Source of the DNA: Puniceicoccaceae bacterium
Lineage (GTDB): Bacteria; Verrucomicrobiota; Verrucomicrobiia; Opitutales; JAFGAQ01
NCBI GenBank assembly: GCA_028285755.1
Contig: JANQOQ010000008.1
Span: 897,399-961,398 of the forward strand
Reading direction: 5' to 3'
Length of the DNA stretch: 64,000 nt
Under the pieces are notes generated by a model. That model did no database searches. It was not told the origin of the DNA and saw only the letters and a list, made by a program, of their open reading frames with translations. Below are positions 38,168 to 46,888 of this stretch, piece by piece. The translations under genes and the position numbers were made by a program. The first letter of the stretch is position 1. Each line of letters starts with the position of its first letter.

Positions 38168-38917
38168 ATGACTTTAGAAAATATCGAAGCACTCAAAGCT
38201 ACAGCCAACGACGGTGACGTTGAGGCACAGCACAAACTTGGATTCATATATGCCACGGGTGAAAGCGTCGAACTGGATAACCAGGAGGCGATCCATTGGT
38301 TTACAATGGCTGCTGAGCAGGGTCATCTGGATGCACAGTGTAACTTGGGTTACCTTTATTTCTCCGATAAAGAAGTTGGGGATTTGGAGGCGGCGCATAA
38401 ATGGTTTAGCATAAGTGCGGAAGCCGGACACCCGGCATCTCAGCTAAATATGGGTATCATTTATGCCAATGGACCAGCCAAGGACATAGACCGTGCGATG
38501 CACTGGTATCAGCTCGCTGCAAGTAACGGCGAAGTGCAGGCAGCCTATAACCTTGGTCTGCTTTATTTTGAAGGCACCGATGTTGCGCAGGATAATGTCA
38601 AGGCATTTGCCTACTTTGCACAAGCGGCTGAGGTGGGTTATGAAGAAGCTGAATACAGCCTGGCATATTGTTTTTCAAAAGGAATCGGTACTGAGCGCGA
38701 TCGTGAACAGGCTGTCCGCTATTATACCAAAGCAGCTCACAAAGGCCATGCGAGTGCTCAGTTTAATCTTGGCCTTCATCACGAGTATGGTGAAGGGGGG
38801 CTTGAGCAAGACCACGAAGAGGCGATTTATTGGTACCAAAAAGCAGCTAATCAGGGCCATGCTGCCGCTTCTGAGGCGATTGAGTTGCTAGAGCAATCTA
38901 CCCAGCAAAAAGTGTAA
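38168..38917 (+). CDS. Sel1-like repeat (SLR) protein, no signal peptide
   Basis: 249 aa with about six repeats of the A.-W+.KAA.QG...AQ..LG..Y..G pattern (for example AIHWFTMAAEQGHLDAQCNLGYLY and AIYWYQKAANQGHAAA). It starts 16 nt after the flgL stop. Confidence 0.85.
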   Translation: MTLENIEALKATANDGDVEAQHKLGFIYATGESVELDNQEAIHWFTMAAEQGHLDAQCNLGYLYFSDKEVGDLEAAHKWFSISAEAGHPASQLNMGIIYANGPAKDIDRAMHWYQLAASNGEVQAAYNLGLLYFEGTDVAQDNVKAFAYFAQAAEVGYEEAEYSLAYCFSKGIGTERDREQAVRYYTKAAHKGHASAQFNLGLHHEYGEGGLEQDHEEAIYWYQKAANQGHAAASEAIELLEQSTQQKV

Positions 38918-38959
38918 TTTGGTTGCTATCAGCAGCTATTTGCAGATACCTTAGTGGCA

Positions 38960-40006
38960 ATGAAAGGCCTACGCTTTGGTATCACACTGATTAGTATTTT
39001 TCTTATTTTTTATATCCTTCAATTGGGGAAGGATCTTATCATACCCTTTGTGTATGCACTCTTCCTTTGGTATCTCATAAACATTGTATCCTACGCTTTC
39101 CGGCAGATACGATACCGTGAATTTCAGATCCCACTGTGGCTGTGCTTCATCTTTTCGATTTCAACGATCGCGGCTCTTTTGAGTTTTGTTGTCTCGATTA
39201 TTTCGAATAACATTCAGACGATCGCCAGCGGTTCCGCGGTTTATCGTGAAAAATTTAGTGACATTGTCGGTCGTATGTTTGCGATGGCCAATATAGAGGA
39301 ACCGGAAAACCTTGCTACTCTCCTACAGGATATCGATTTGAATGCACTGATGTCCGAAATTGTCCAGGGCTTTACGGGCATCATTGATAGTGCTGCTACC
39401 CTAGGCCTGATTTTGATCTATCTCATGTTCCTGTTTCTGGAGCAGAAGAGCTTTTCCCCAAAGTTAAGAATGTCTATCAATAATGACGACCGAGAGCAGG
39501 AAGTCCTGCGTATCATTCGTAAAATCCAGTCGGATGTGCGGCTTTACCTGGGTATTAAAACCTTTACCAGCGGTCTCACTGCGGTAGTTGGTTACATCAT
39601 AATGAGCTGGGTGGGGTTGGACTTTGCGAGCTTCTGGGCACTGCTGATTTTCCTGCTGAACTTTATCCCTTCCATCGGTTCAATTTTGGCAACCTTTTTT
39701 CCATCGTTGCTGGCTTTGATGCAGTTTGATGTCACCGCACCGTTCTGGATCGTGTGTATCGGGATATCCGTACTGCAGTTTTGCATCGGCAACCTTTTGG
39801 AACCGAGACTCATGGGTAACTCCCTGAATCTGAGCCCGTTGGTTATCCTGTTGTCTCTCACCTTCTGGGGCACTATCTGGGGGATCCCCGGTGCATTCCT
39901 ATGTGTGCCGATCACCGTGATTATCATGATTGTCTTATCCCATTTTGAAAAGACTCAGCCCATTGCCATTATGCTCTCCAGGGGCGGTATGATCACACGA
40001 AGTTAG
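38960..40006 (+). CDS. AI-2E family (PerM-like) transporter
   Basis: About 348 aa with multiple TM helices. The C-terminal part reads FIPSIGSILATF...LLEPRLMGNSLNLSPLVILLSLTFWGTIWGIPGAFLCVPITV, typical of the AI-2E family. The ORF track starts at GTG 38954. Confidence 0.8.
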   Translation: MKGLRFGITLISIFLIFYILQLGKDLIIPFVYALFLWYLINIVSYAFRQIRYREFQIPLWLCFIFSISTIAALLSFVVSIISNNIQTIASGSAVYREKFSDIVGRMFAMANIEEPENLATLLQDIDLNALMSEIVQGFTGIIDSAATLGLILIYLMFLFLEQKSFSPKLRMSINNDDREQEVLRIIRKIQSDVRLYLGIKTFTSGLTAVVGYIIMSWVGLDFASFWALLIFLLNFIPSIGSILATFFPSLLALMQFDVTAPFWIVCIGISVLQFCIGNLLEPRLMGNSLNLSPLVILLSLTFWGTIWGIPGAFLCVPITVIIMIVLSHFEKTQPIAIMLSRGGMITRS

Positions 40007-40081
40007 TAGATTTTTTGTATAGTTTTTTTACGGACATCAAAAAATTGTATAAGTTCTTAAAAAGCTAAAATATAAGTATTT

Positions 40082-40309
40082 ATGCCGATCTTTAATGCAG
40101 GCATGGATACTGATACATCAAATGATGGCCTCTTACGGCTAATAAAAAATCTCCAATCGAGTAAGAACTATCGTCGCTTTAAGGAGAGGAGAATGAATTC
40201 GCCACATATTAAAGACGACTTAGTGTTAGAGGAAGATGAGGATCAAAAAAAATGGGATGATCTCATTGACCGATGCCTGTCGAATCTGGAGAGCGACGCA
40301 CTTCTGTAA
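40082..40309 (+). CDS. small hypothetical protein
   Basis: 75-aa charged ORF preceded by an AT-rich spacer and followed by a strong terminator. No motif recognised, so coding status is uncertain. Confidence 0.3.
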   Translation: MPIFNAGMDTDTSNDGLLRLIKNLQSSKNYRRFKERRMNSPHIKDDLVLEEDEDQKKWDDLIDRCLSNLESDALL

Positions 40310-40374
40310 ACTTTGGCAGCACGGGGGAACTATAAACAGATAATAAAATTTTTTTTACCGACGTCCCTCAGATT

Positions 40375-40407
40375 AAAAAGGCATTCTGTTCTGCAGAATG
40401 CCTTTTT
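40375..40407. terminator. bidirectional rho-independent terminator between convergent genes
   Basis: AAAAAGGCATTCTG-ttctg-CAGAATGCCTTTTT. The 9-bp stem is GGCATTCTG (40380-40388) / CAGAATGCC (40394-40402), flanked by an A-run and a T-run, so it can terminate both strands. Confidence 0.85.
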
Positions 40408-40417
40408 GTTTATTAGG

Positions 40418-40954
40418 CTAAATGGTTGTTTTAGGGGTAAAGTTTTTGCGAATCACCTCATCTGTTGAGACCTCAATTTCCAAATCCCTGCCCAGAAAGT
40501 CCAGCATGACTTTAATACGATCGTTTGCGGGAGTGTAGGCGTGAACGATGGCCAGTAAGTCCTTAAAGGGGCCCTCGGTAACCACCACGGTTTCCCCAAT
40601 ATTGAGTTCCGGGTTAGCGACTTCCCGGATATCTTCGGGAAAGTGTTTGGTGAGTTCGTCGATAAAGGCCTTGGGCAGGTAAGGAATATCTCCGCCATAT
40701 TTTACAATAGCCCGTACCCCCTGCATGGACAGCAGATGCCGCATGTGCTCCTGAATATTGCAATAAACAAACAAATAATTAGGAAACATGGGCTCCACAA
40801 AACGTACCACCCCCCGTTTAGTTTTCTTTTGATAGGCAATTCGTGGGCAAAAGGCTTCAATCCCTATGCGGGAGCGAATATTGGCAGCAGCGATATGCTC
40901 TTTCTTTGGCAACGATGCCAAACAATACCAGTGCGCTTGCTCAGAATTATCCAT
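40418..40954 (-). CDS. RfaH-like specialised NusG paralogue (NGN + KOW)
   Basis: 178 aa with the NGN domain WYCLASLPKKEHIAAANI...FCPRIAYQKKTKRGVVRFVEPMFPNYLFV...GVRAIVKYGG and a KOW segment IGETVVVTEGPFKDLLAIV. There is no adjacent secE/rplK, so it is not the housekeeping nusG. Confidence 0.7.
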   Translation of the reverse strand: MDNSEQAHWYCLASLPKKEHIAAANIRSRIGIEAFCPRIAYQKKTKRGVVRFVEPMFPNYLFVYCNIQEHMRHLLSMQGVRAIVKYGGDIPYLPKAFIDELTKHFPEDIREVANPELNIGETVVVTEGPFKDLLAIVHAYTPANDRIKVMLDFLGRDLEIEVSTDEVIRKNFTPKTTI

Positions 40955-41005
40955 AGCTGCTTAAGACTTATTCTTTAGTAGTATGAGTCAAGCAATTGTC
41001 TAGCC

Positions 41006-41395
41006 CTATAAATACGCCCTAAAGCCTTGGATGTAGTTATCCCAGCCCGCCTCATGCTGCGCTTTCGATTCTTCGGAAGGCAGATTCTTATGGGTTACGT
41101 CGACGCGAGTCATGCCGTGGGATTCAACAAAAGTGACAGTAACAGTCGATTGCTCGCCATCGTTGTTCCACTCCCAGGTATACTCCAGCTTCTCATTACG
41201 AATGAGCTCGATGAATTTGCCGTTCATCACCCATTCACGGTCGTTTACAAACGAGGTGAGCTTATAAATGCCGCCAGGATGGGGTTCTATTTCAAGCTGT
41301 GTGGCGGGTGGAACCAACGTATCTGGTGAGAGCCAGAGCTCGTAAACTCTTTTTTTGGGGGCAGCGAGAGTGTAGGTTTTATTTATAAGGTGCAT
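41006..41395 (-). CDS. SRPBCC (AHSA1-like) domain protein
   Basis: 129 aa with RVYELWLSPDTL...GGIYKL...NGKFIELIRNEKLEYTWEW...STVTVTF, typical of Aha1/SRPBCC small proteins. Confidence 0.7.
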   Translation of the reverse strand: MHLINKTYTLAAPKKRVYELWLSPDTLVPPATQLEIEPHPGGIYKLTSFVNDREWVMNGKFIELIRNEKLEYTWEWNNDGEQSTVTVTFVESHGMTRVDVTHKNLPSEESKAQHEAGWDNYIQGFRAYL

Positions 41396-41419
41396 AGGAA
41401 TAGGGTATAAATGGGTACA

Positions 41420-41914
41420 CTACAAGGGGTCCGGTAACCCTTCGAGGTTGATGCGATCCCCGACACTGACTCCATTGTTTTTAAACCAATCCCGATTCAC
41501 CTCAAGGGCGTATTGGATATCGTCAGTGCGCGACGGTACGGAATCTATGCTGTGGGGAAAAAGTGGATGGATTTCCCGGATTACGCCTTCGGTATCAATA
41601 TAGGCGATATCCAGGGCAATGTAGGTATTTTTCATCCAAAAGCTCTGTTGCTTGGGAGCGGTAAAGATAAAAAGCATGCCGGTATCCACCGCCAGCGTAC
41701 GTCGGTGCATTAACCCTTTTTGGCGTTGGGCAGGAGTCACCGCCAACTCAGCACGAATGGTTTGATCCCCGACTTCGAGCAGATGATAGCCATCCTGCAC
41801 AGTCCTGCGATTGTCTTCGCAGCCGAGAATTGCGAATGCGAACAAAATAAGCACCACCGAAATCAATGGTTTTTGAATGAAGGGTGTGTTGACTGGCTGG
41901 TTATTCGCTTTCAT
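41420..41914 (-). CDS. DUF192 domain protein (secreted/anchored)
   Basis: 164 aa with a hydrophobic N-terminus and a core AVTPAQRQKGLMHRRTLAVDTGMLFIF...FWMKNTYIALDIAYID. Confidence 0.8.
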   Translation of the reverse strand: MKANNQPVNTPFIQKPLISVVLILFAFAILGCEDNRRTVQDGYHLLEVGDQTIRAELAVTPAQRQKGLMHRRTLAVDTGMLFIFTAPKQQSFWMKNTYIALDIAYIDTEGVIREIHPLFPHSIDSVPSRTDDIQYALEVNRDWFKNNGVSVGDRINLEGLPDPL

Positions 41915-41952
41915 GAATGATAGTTAGAACCTATCTTAAATTTCAAAAGATC

Positions 41953-43089
41953 ATGTCAGATACCGCAAACTTATTGTTTCATGATATCCCAGAACGTAAT
42001 TCGGATATGTATTATCTTTCCGGCTTTCTCGCACCGGATGCGGTGACGCACTTTCAGTTTGCAAACAAATCCGTCCTTGCGGTGAGCCCGCTGGAATATG
42101 GGCGGGCCGTAAAGCAGGCTCAGGTGGATGAGGTGATCGATACCCTGGCTTTGCTTAAAGAAAATACTCAAGAGAATCTCAAGAAAATGAGCCGTGAAGC
42201 CCAGGTAATCGCCTTAATGGCAAGACGGGAAAATACCCTGGTATTCGAAGTTCCTAAGAGTTTTCCGTTGGGGCTTGCGGATGAGCTGCGTGCAGTTGAT
42301 CTGGAACTAACTGTCATGAACCAGCCGCAGCTCCCGCAGCGCGAATGTAAAACACAAGAAGAGATGGCCAAAATCAAGGATGCGGTTTCAGTGACGGAAC
42401 GACTCTTTCATCATGTGATCACTATACTTCATGAATGCACTATCGACGCGGGAATGCTCAAATGGCAGGGAGAATGGCTAACCTCTGAAATACTCCATAC
42501 GCAAATAAAGCTCGAGGCACTGAAGCGTGGTTTTATTGCGGATCATCCCATCGTCGCCGGGGGTGACCAGGCCTGCGATCCGCATGAAACCGGGCATGGC
42601 GTATTGCCTGCGCACCAGCTGATTATCGTAGATATTTTTCCCAAGTCACAGACCCACGGGTATTGGGGGGATCTCACCCGAACTTTCCTTAAGGGCAAGG
42701 CAAGTCCCGAGCAGGTGAAACTCGTGGAGACTGTGAAAGCAGCTCAGGATATCGCTTTGGATACGATGGCGAATGGTGTGAACGCAGCTTCCGTGCATCA
42801 AAACGTAGAGGAGCATTTTGAAAAGGCGGGTTATCGCACAGAAATTAAGAACGGCACATACACGGGATTCTTTCATGGCACGGGCCACGGCCTTGGCCTG
42901 GATATTCATGAGATGCCCAGACTCGGCAAAAACGTAAAGGATGTCCTCGCTGAGAACATGGTGATCACCGTGGAACCCGGCCTTTATTATCCGGGTTTGG
43001 GGGGCTGTCGTATTGAGGATGATGTGCGCGTGACACAAGACGGTGTTGAAATGCTCAGTGATTTGAGTTACGACTGGTTAATCGACTGA
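41953..43089 (+). CDS. M24-family Xaa-Pro aminopeptidase
   Basis: Metal-binding motifs are present: DIFP....YWGDLTRT, HGTGHGLGLDIHE, VITVEPGLY and RIEDDV. The ORF track starts at ATG 41917, which would overlap the divergent DUF192 promoter region. I prefer ATG 41953. Confidence 0.85.
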   Translation: MSDTANLLFHDIPERNSDMYYLSGFLAPDAVTHFQFANKSVLAVSPLEYGRAVKQAQVDEVIDTLALLKENTQENLKKMSREAQVIALMARRENTLVFEVPKSFPLGLADELRAVDLELTVMNQPQLPQRECKTQEEMAKIKDAVSVTERLFHHVITILHECTIDAGMLKWQGEWLTSEILHTQIKLEALKRGFIADHPIVAGGDQACDPHETGHGVLPAHQLIIVDIFPKSQTHGYWGDLTRTFLKGKASPEQVKLVETVKAAQDIALDTMANGVNAASVHQNVEEHFEKAGYRTEIKNGTYTGFFHGTGHGLGLDIHEMPRLGKNVKDVLAENMVITVEPGLYYPGLGGCRIEDDVRVTQDGVEMLSDLSYDWLID

Positions 43090-43096
43090 ATTCTGC

Positions 43097-43981
43097 TTAA
43101 CTGCTCAGGCTTGCCTCATAGGCCAACATCACCTGCTTTCTGGGTAAACCCCAGCGATATCCGCCCAACGCAAGTGACTTGCGCAATACACGGTGGCAGG
43201 GGATCAGATAGGAAACGGGATTACGCCCAATTGCGCTGGCACAGGTACGATGGGCATCTTCGCGATCCAAATCTTTAGCTACCTCAGAGTAGGAACGATT
43301 GGTAGATACTGGAATGTCGAGTAGTGCTTGCCACACTTTGAGCTGAAAGGGCGTACCTTTGAGAAATACCTTTAAATCAGAGTTTTTGTTCTCAGGATAA
43401 AAGATATGATCCCGCAATTTTGCAGTGGAGTTTGCATCTTCCACAAACTCACTGAGCGGCCAGAGACTTCGGAGTTCCTGGAGTTTTTCTCCTTCTTCGC
43501 TTGCTTCCAAAAAACCTAGGTGGTTGAGGCCCCGGTCATTCGCTGAGATTAGGCAGGTTCCAAAGGGGCTGTCGTGGAAGCCATATTTGAAAGTCAGCCC
43601 CTTACCCATGGATTTATACTCACCGGGTGTAACCTTCTCCAAAGTAATAAACAAGTCGTAGAGGCGACCTCCTCCACTTAACCCACTGCTGTATGCGGCA
43701 TCCAGATTGTTCTTGGCATGCAGGACTGCTTCCTTCGCATATCCTAAGGTTATTACCTTGAGGAGCTGCTTTGGAGATATCCCAGCCCAATCCTCAAACA
43801 GCTTCGTTAAATGGCTGGAACTGAGGCCTACTTGTTCTGCCAGTTCACTCACAGTGGGTTGGCGTTGAGCGTTCTCAGTAAGATACTCAATAGCCTTCTT
43901 TACGGTCTCGTAATGGGAGTGCCGATTATGCTGAGGTAACTGTACCGGTATGGCTGTATTCATGCCATTACTATAGTTCAA
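43097..43981 (-). CDS. AraC-type HTH fused to O6-methylguanine-DNA methyltransferase (Ada-like)
   Basis: 294 aa with the N-terminal HTH SELAEQVGLSSSHLTKLFEDWAGISPKQ and a C-terminal MGMT domain with the active site IPCHRV and YSEVA...AIGRNP. Confidence 0.85.
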   Translation of the reverse strand: MNYSNGMNTAIPVQLPQHNRHSHYETVKKAIEYLTENAQRQPTVSELAEQVGLSSSHLTKLFEDWAGISPKQLLKVITLGYAKEAVLHAKNNLDAAYSSGLSGGGRLYDLFITLEKVTPGEYKSMGKGLTFKYGFHDSPFGTCLISANDRGLNHLGFLEASEEGEKLQELRSLWPLSEFVEDANSTAKLRDHIFYPENKNSDLKVFLKGTPFQLKVWQALLDIPVSTNRSYSEVAKDLDREDAHRTCASAIGRNPVSYLIPCHRVLRKSLALGGYRWGLPRKQVMLAYEASLSS

Positions 43982-44017
43982 AAGGGGCTTTCTTTCGACC
44001 CGATTTCTCTGATCAGG

Positions 44018-44617
44018 CTATTTATTTTTACCTTCGAGAAAATAAGCCCAGTTTTGCTCGTATCCGTTATTTATCAGATTGCTGATAAATGGACGTGCTT
44101 TCGGCTTAAAGGGTTTACGAATAAGTTTTAAACCGGCTTCATGGGGTAAGCGATTAGCCTTGAGCGTATTGCAATGAATCGATGAGGTCACCACATTTTC
44201 CCAGGTGGTCTTTCCACCCCGGTGTTTGGGGATGACATGGTCGATATTCAGCATTTTTGGAGGGTATACGCGGCCTGAGTATTGGCAACGGTAACCATCC
44301 CTCTCGTAAATGCTTTGGCGGCAAAATTTAACTTCCTGCACCGGCACCTTATCGTAGCTTTTGAGTAACAATACACTGGGAATATGCAGCGCATAATTCA
44401 CGGTGCGCATGGTACCTTGATTTTTGCGGGGCGGGCGAGAGACTGATCGCTCTATCCATTGCTCGCCATTATACATGCGAAAATCACCGTCATTAGGGTC
44501 AATCACCTGAGCATGATCCTGGAAGAGGAGAGAGAATGCTCTTTTGGCACCCACTACATTGACGGGTTGCCAGACTCGGTTCAAAACCAGAATCCTATGC
44601 GAACTGTCATCCTCCAT
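44018..44617 (-). CDS. HNH endonuclease
   Basis: HNH core DGYRCQYSGRVY....LNIDHVIPKHRGGKTTWENVVTSSIHCNTLKANR. The ORF track uses TTG at 44659 and I prefer the ATG at 44617 (MEDDSSHRILV). Confidence 0.85.
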   Translation of the reverse strand: MEDDSSHRILVLNRVWQPVNVVGAKRAFSLLFQDHAQVIDPNDGDFRMYNGEQWIERSVSRPPRKNQGTMRTVNYALHIPSVLLLKSYDKVPVQEVKFCRQSIYERDGYRCQYSGRVYPPKMLNIDHVIPKHRGGKTTWENVVTSSIHCNTLKANRLPHEAGLKLIRKPFKPKARPFISNLINNGYEQNWAYFLEGKNK

Positions 44618-44690
44618 TGGCTGAAATGTGAATAACTTCTGAATAATTGTCAAAAGCAAATCTTTAGGAATTCCTAAGTCATTCTAATCC

Positions 44691-44724
44691 AAAAAAATAA
44701 GGATGCTGAGGCCAGCATCCTTAT
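44691..44724 (-). terminator. rho-independent terminator after ydbL
   Basis: Stem ATAAGGATGCTG (44697-44708), loop AGGC, stem CAGCATCCTTAT (44713-44724). On the minus strand it is followed by a T7 run (44697-44691). It lies 25 nt downstream of the stop at 44749. Confidence 0.85.
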
Positions 44725-44748
44725 TAAAATGATAGTAAGTAGATACAG

Positions 44749-45114
44749 TTATTTAGCAGCCCATTGCCCATCCGGGCTCTGAATCATGGTTCCTTTGGGC
44801 GCTATCTCATGGATTTGGAGCGCGCGTCGCTTTCCCACAAGCTCAACGCTTGCACCGGTCTGGTCGGCCAGAAGCTGGTAGACTGTCTTGCGATCTGCAT
44901 TCTCTTTCACGATGATTTCCGTTTGTGAAGTGCTCAGGTTACCCAGGGCCTGGAGAAAACCGGAATTATTTTCACCTACGACTTGTGAGCTCAAGAGCTG
45001 ATCAACGGCTGGTTTACGCTCTGCAATGCGATTTTTAAGCTCATTTGCACTTTGGGCAGATACCAGTGAAGCCAGTGCAAAGATTAACACGGAATATAAA
45101 AAGTAGTTTTTCAT
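44749..45114 (-). CDS. ydbL: YdbL-like periplasmic protein (DUF1318)
   Basis: 121 aa with a signal peptide and the core VVGENNSGFL...IVKENADRKTVYQLLADQTGASVELVGKRRALQIHEIAPKGTMIQSPDGQW. Confidence 0.75.
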   Translation of the reverse strand: MKNYFLYSVLIFALASLVSAQSANELKNRIAERKPAVDQLLSSQVVGENNSGFLQALGNLSTSQTEIIVKENADRKTVYQLLADQTGASVELVGKRRALQIHEIAPKGTMIQSPDGQWAAK

Positions 45115-45159
45115 GGTATAAATGTTAACGGGTTTTGACTAAAATCCAGTGTTGTAAGG

Positions 45160-45330
45160 TTATTGTGAGTCAATATCTCCAAAGAAATCTTCGAGCGCGT
45201 TGTCCACCTTTACATTGATGTCAACGGTTATACTGATGGGTTCGATCTTGTGCTCCGTTTTTACGGTTACACATCCAGAAAAAAGGAACAACGCTACGAG
45301 AGTAGCTAATAAAGTTGTAGTTGTTTTCAT
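45160..45330 (-). CDS. ynbE: YnbE-like small lipoprotein (56 aa; below the ORF-track length cut-off)
   Basis: My own translation of the minus strand gives MKTTTTLLATLVALFLFSGCVTVKTEHKIEPISITVDINVKVDNALEDFFGDIDSQ*. It has a signal peptide plus a lipobox-like LFSGC. It fills the otherwise empty gap between the ydbH-like and ydbL-like genes, exactly where ynbE sits in E. coli. Confidence 0.6.
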   Translation of the reverse strand: MKTTTTLLATLVALFLFSGCVTVKTEHKIEPISITVDINVKVDNALEDFFGDIDSQ

Positions 45331-45382
45331 AATATTAATGAAAGGTTAGACGTGTTGGACATAGTCCTATTCATATTATTCA

Positions 45383-46888
45383 TTAATTACGATTAAAAAA
45401 GGAACTAATATCAACCCATTGGTTAACAGCTTCGTGCACATCCCCGCGTAAGTTAAAGGTGATTCGCTCAATCGGCACCTCGAAGCGTTCACTGTTGGAT
45501 TGGCCACCGATCTCGAGCACTGAGGGCATATCGGGTTGATCACTTGGGTTGATATCCAGGTAGAAACGCGTGAGGATGATATTGCGCAAAGCCTCATCCA
45601 GCATGAGCCGGTCTCTCCCGTCAATGAGCGGAATATCCGGTATATATTGATTAAAGATAGCCTCTTCTCCGTAACGAATCTCTCCCGTGGTATTTTCCTT
45701 GAGTTGGATGTATCCGTCCCCCCAGTTTAGCTGATCTTCCTGGATGTTTAGATTCAGTGCACCTTCAAAGACACCTATCACCTCTTCCTTAACTTCCGGA
45801 AACAAGGCCAGGAGCTTAGCGGAATCCAGCTCCCAAAACTGGATCGACAGATCGAAATCAGGCTCTTCGAAATCGATCGTTGTTGGCTTTACGATTTGAA
45901 AAGAGGCTCCCTCAAACCGGAAATCAAATTCCTGTATTATAATATTGGATTCGGTGTCTAGCTGATGATTGCTATTCAGTGCATAGAACTCATATTTATC
46001 GATGATCAATAGGTCCGCTTGAATAGTATGATCCAAGTTCTTGAATTTCGAATCTGCAGACCCTTTGAGGTCTACGCCTGACAAATTTCCGATAGTGGGT
46101 ATTTCGGCGCTATCGATAACTGACTGGTATTCAACAATATCCGTCTCCTTTTTCCAGCTGGCGCTAAGAGTGACTCCATCTAATTGAGGGTAGGTTTCCG
46201 GGCTTTTAGGGATTAAATCCTCGATTAATTCTGGTAGCTTTGATCCCGGGTCAGTGCGTAACCAAGCCAGATACTGGGCATTATTCGTTGCCAAATCCCA
46301 GCTTAACTGTAGCTCCAGAATATCGATATCAGTGCTTAGTTTGAGTGACAAACTACGCGAATCACCAACATTAGCTAAAAAGCCATCTGCCTCAGCTTCC
46401 AATCGTTGTTCATCTCCAAGTCGTAGTGTCAGTTCCGATTTTTTTAAAACAATGTGATCGATCACCAATTCTGAGGGAGTCCACTCGAAAAAGCTGTCCG
46501 GTTCTTCAGTTTCCGAAGTATCGACTTCTGCCTCTGCCTCATCTTGCGCTTTAACTGATCTTGCAATATTAAGTGTAATTTCAGCCTCTTCGATGATAAG
46601 CGAATTCAGGTGAAAAGCACCTTCCATTAGTCCCGAAAAACGAATGTAGGCCTTGGGGAGCTCAAGTTCTATTGTCGGGTGCTTTAGATCCAGATGCGCA
46701 ATTTCAAGGTGCTCGAGACTGTAGGATTCCACATAAAAATCCAGCTTCTCAATTTCGTCCGGGGCGTAATACTTTGCGACTTTGGGTAACCAGTAGGGAA
46801 GGCTTACCCATGCAGTCAGAGTCAATAGACAAATGACTGTGACCAAGCCCAGTAATATCCGAAAAATAATGAGCAGAGCTGTTTTCAT
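45383..46888 (-). CDS. ydbH: YdbH-like AsmA-family protein (short form)
   Basis: 501 aa with an N-terminal TM anchor (ALLIIFRILLGLVTVICLL) and beta-rich sequence. The C-terminus LDEALRNIILTRFYLDINPSD...VLEIGGQSN...PIERITFNLRGDV is consistent with the YdbH C-terminal domain. Synteny with ynbE and ydbL supports the call. Confidence 0.6.
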   Translation of the reverse strand: MKTALLIIFRILLGLVTVICLLTLTAWVSLPYWLPKVAKYYAPDEIEKLDFYVESYSLEHLEIAHLDLKHPTIELELPKAYIRFSGLMEGAFHLNSLIIEEAEITLNIARSVKAQDEAEAEVDTSETEEPDSFFEWTPSELVIDHIVLKKSELTLRLGDEQRLEAEADGFLANVGDSRSLSLKLSTDIDILELQLSWDLATNNAQYLAWLRTDPGSKLPELIEDLIPKSPETYPQLDGVTLSASWKKETDIVEYQSVIDSAEIPTIGNLSGVDLKGSADSKFKNLDHTIQADLLIIDKYEFYALNSNHQLDTESNIIIQEFDFRFEGASFQIVKPTTIDFEEPDFDLSIQFWELDSAKLLALFPEVKEEVIGVFEGALNLNIQEDQLNWGDGYIQLKENTTGEIRYGEEAIFNQYIPDIPLIDGRDRLMLDEALRNIILTRFYLDINPSDQPDMPSVLEIGGQSNSERFEVPIERITFNLRGDVHEAVNQWVDISSFFNRN

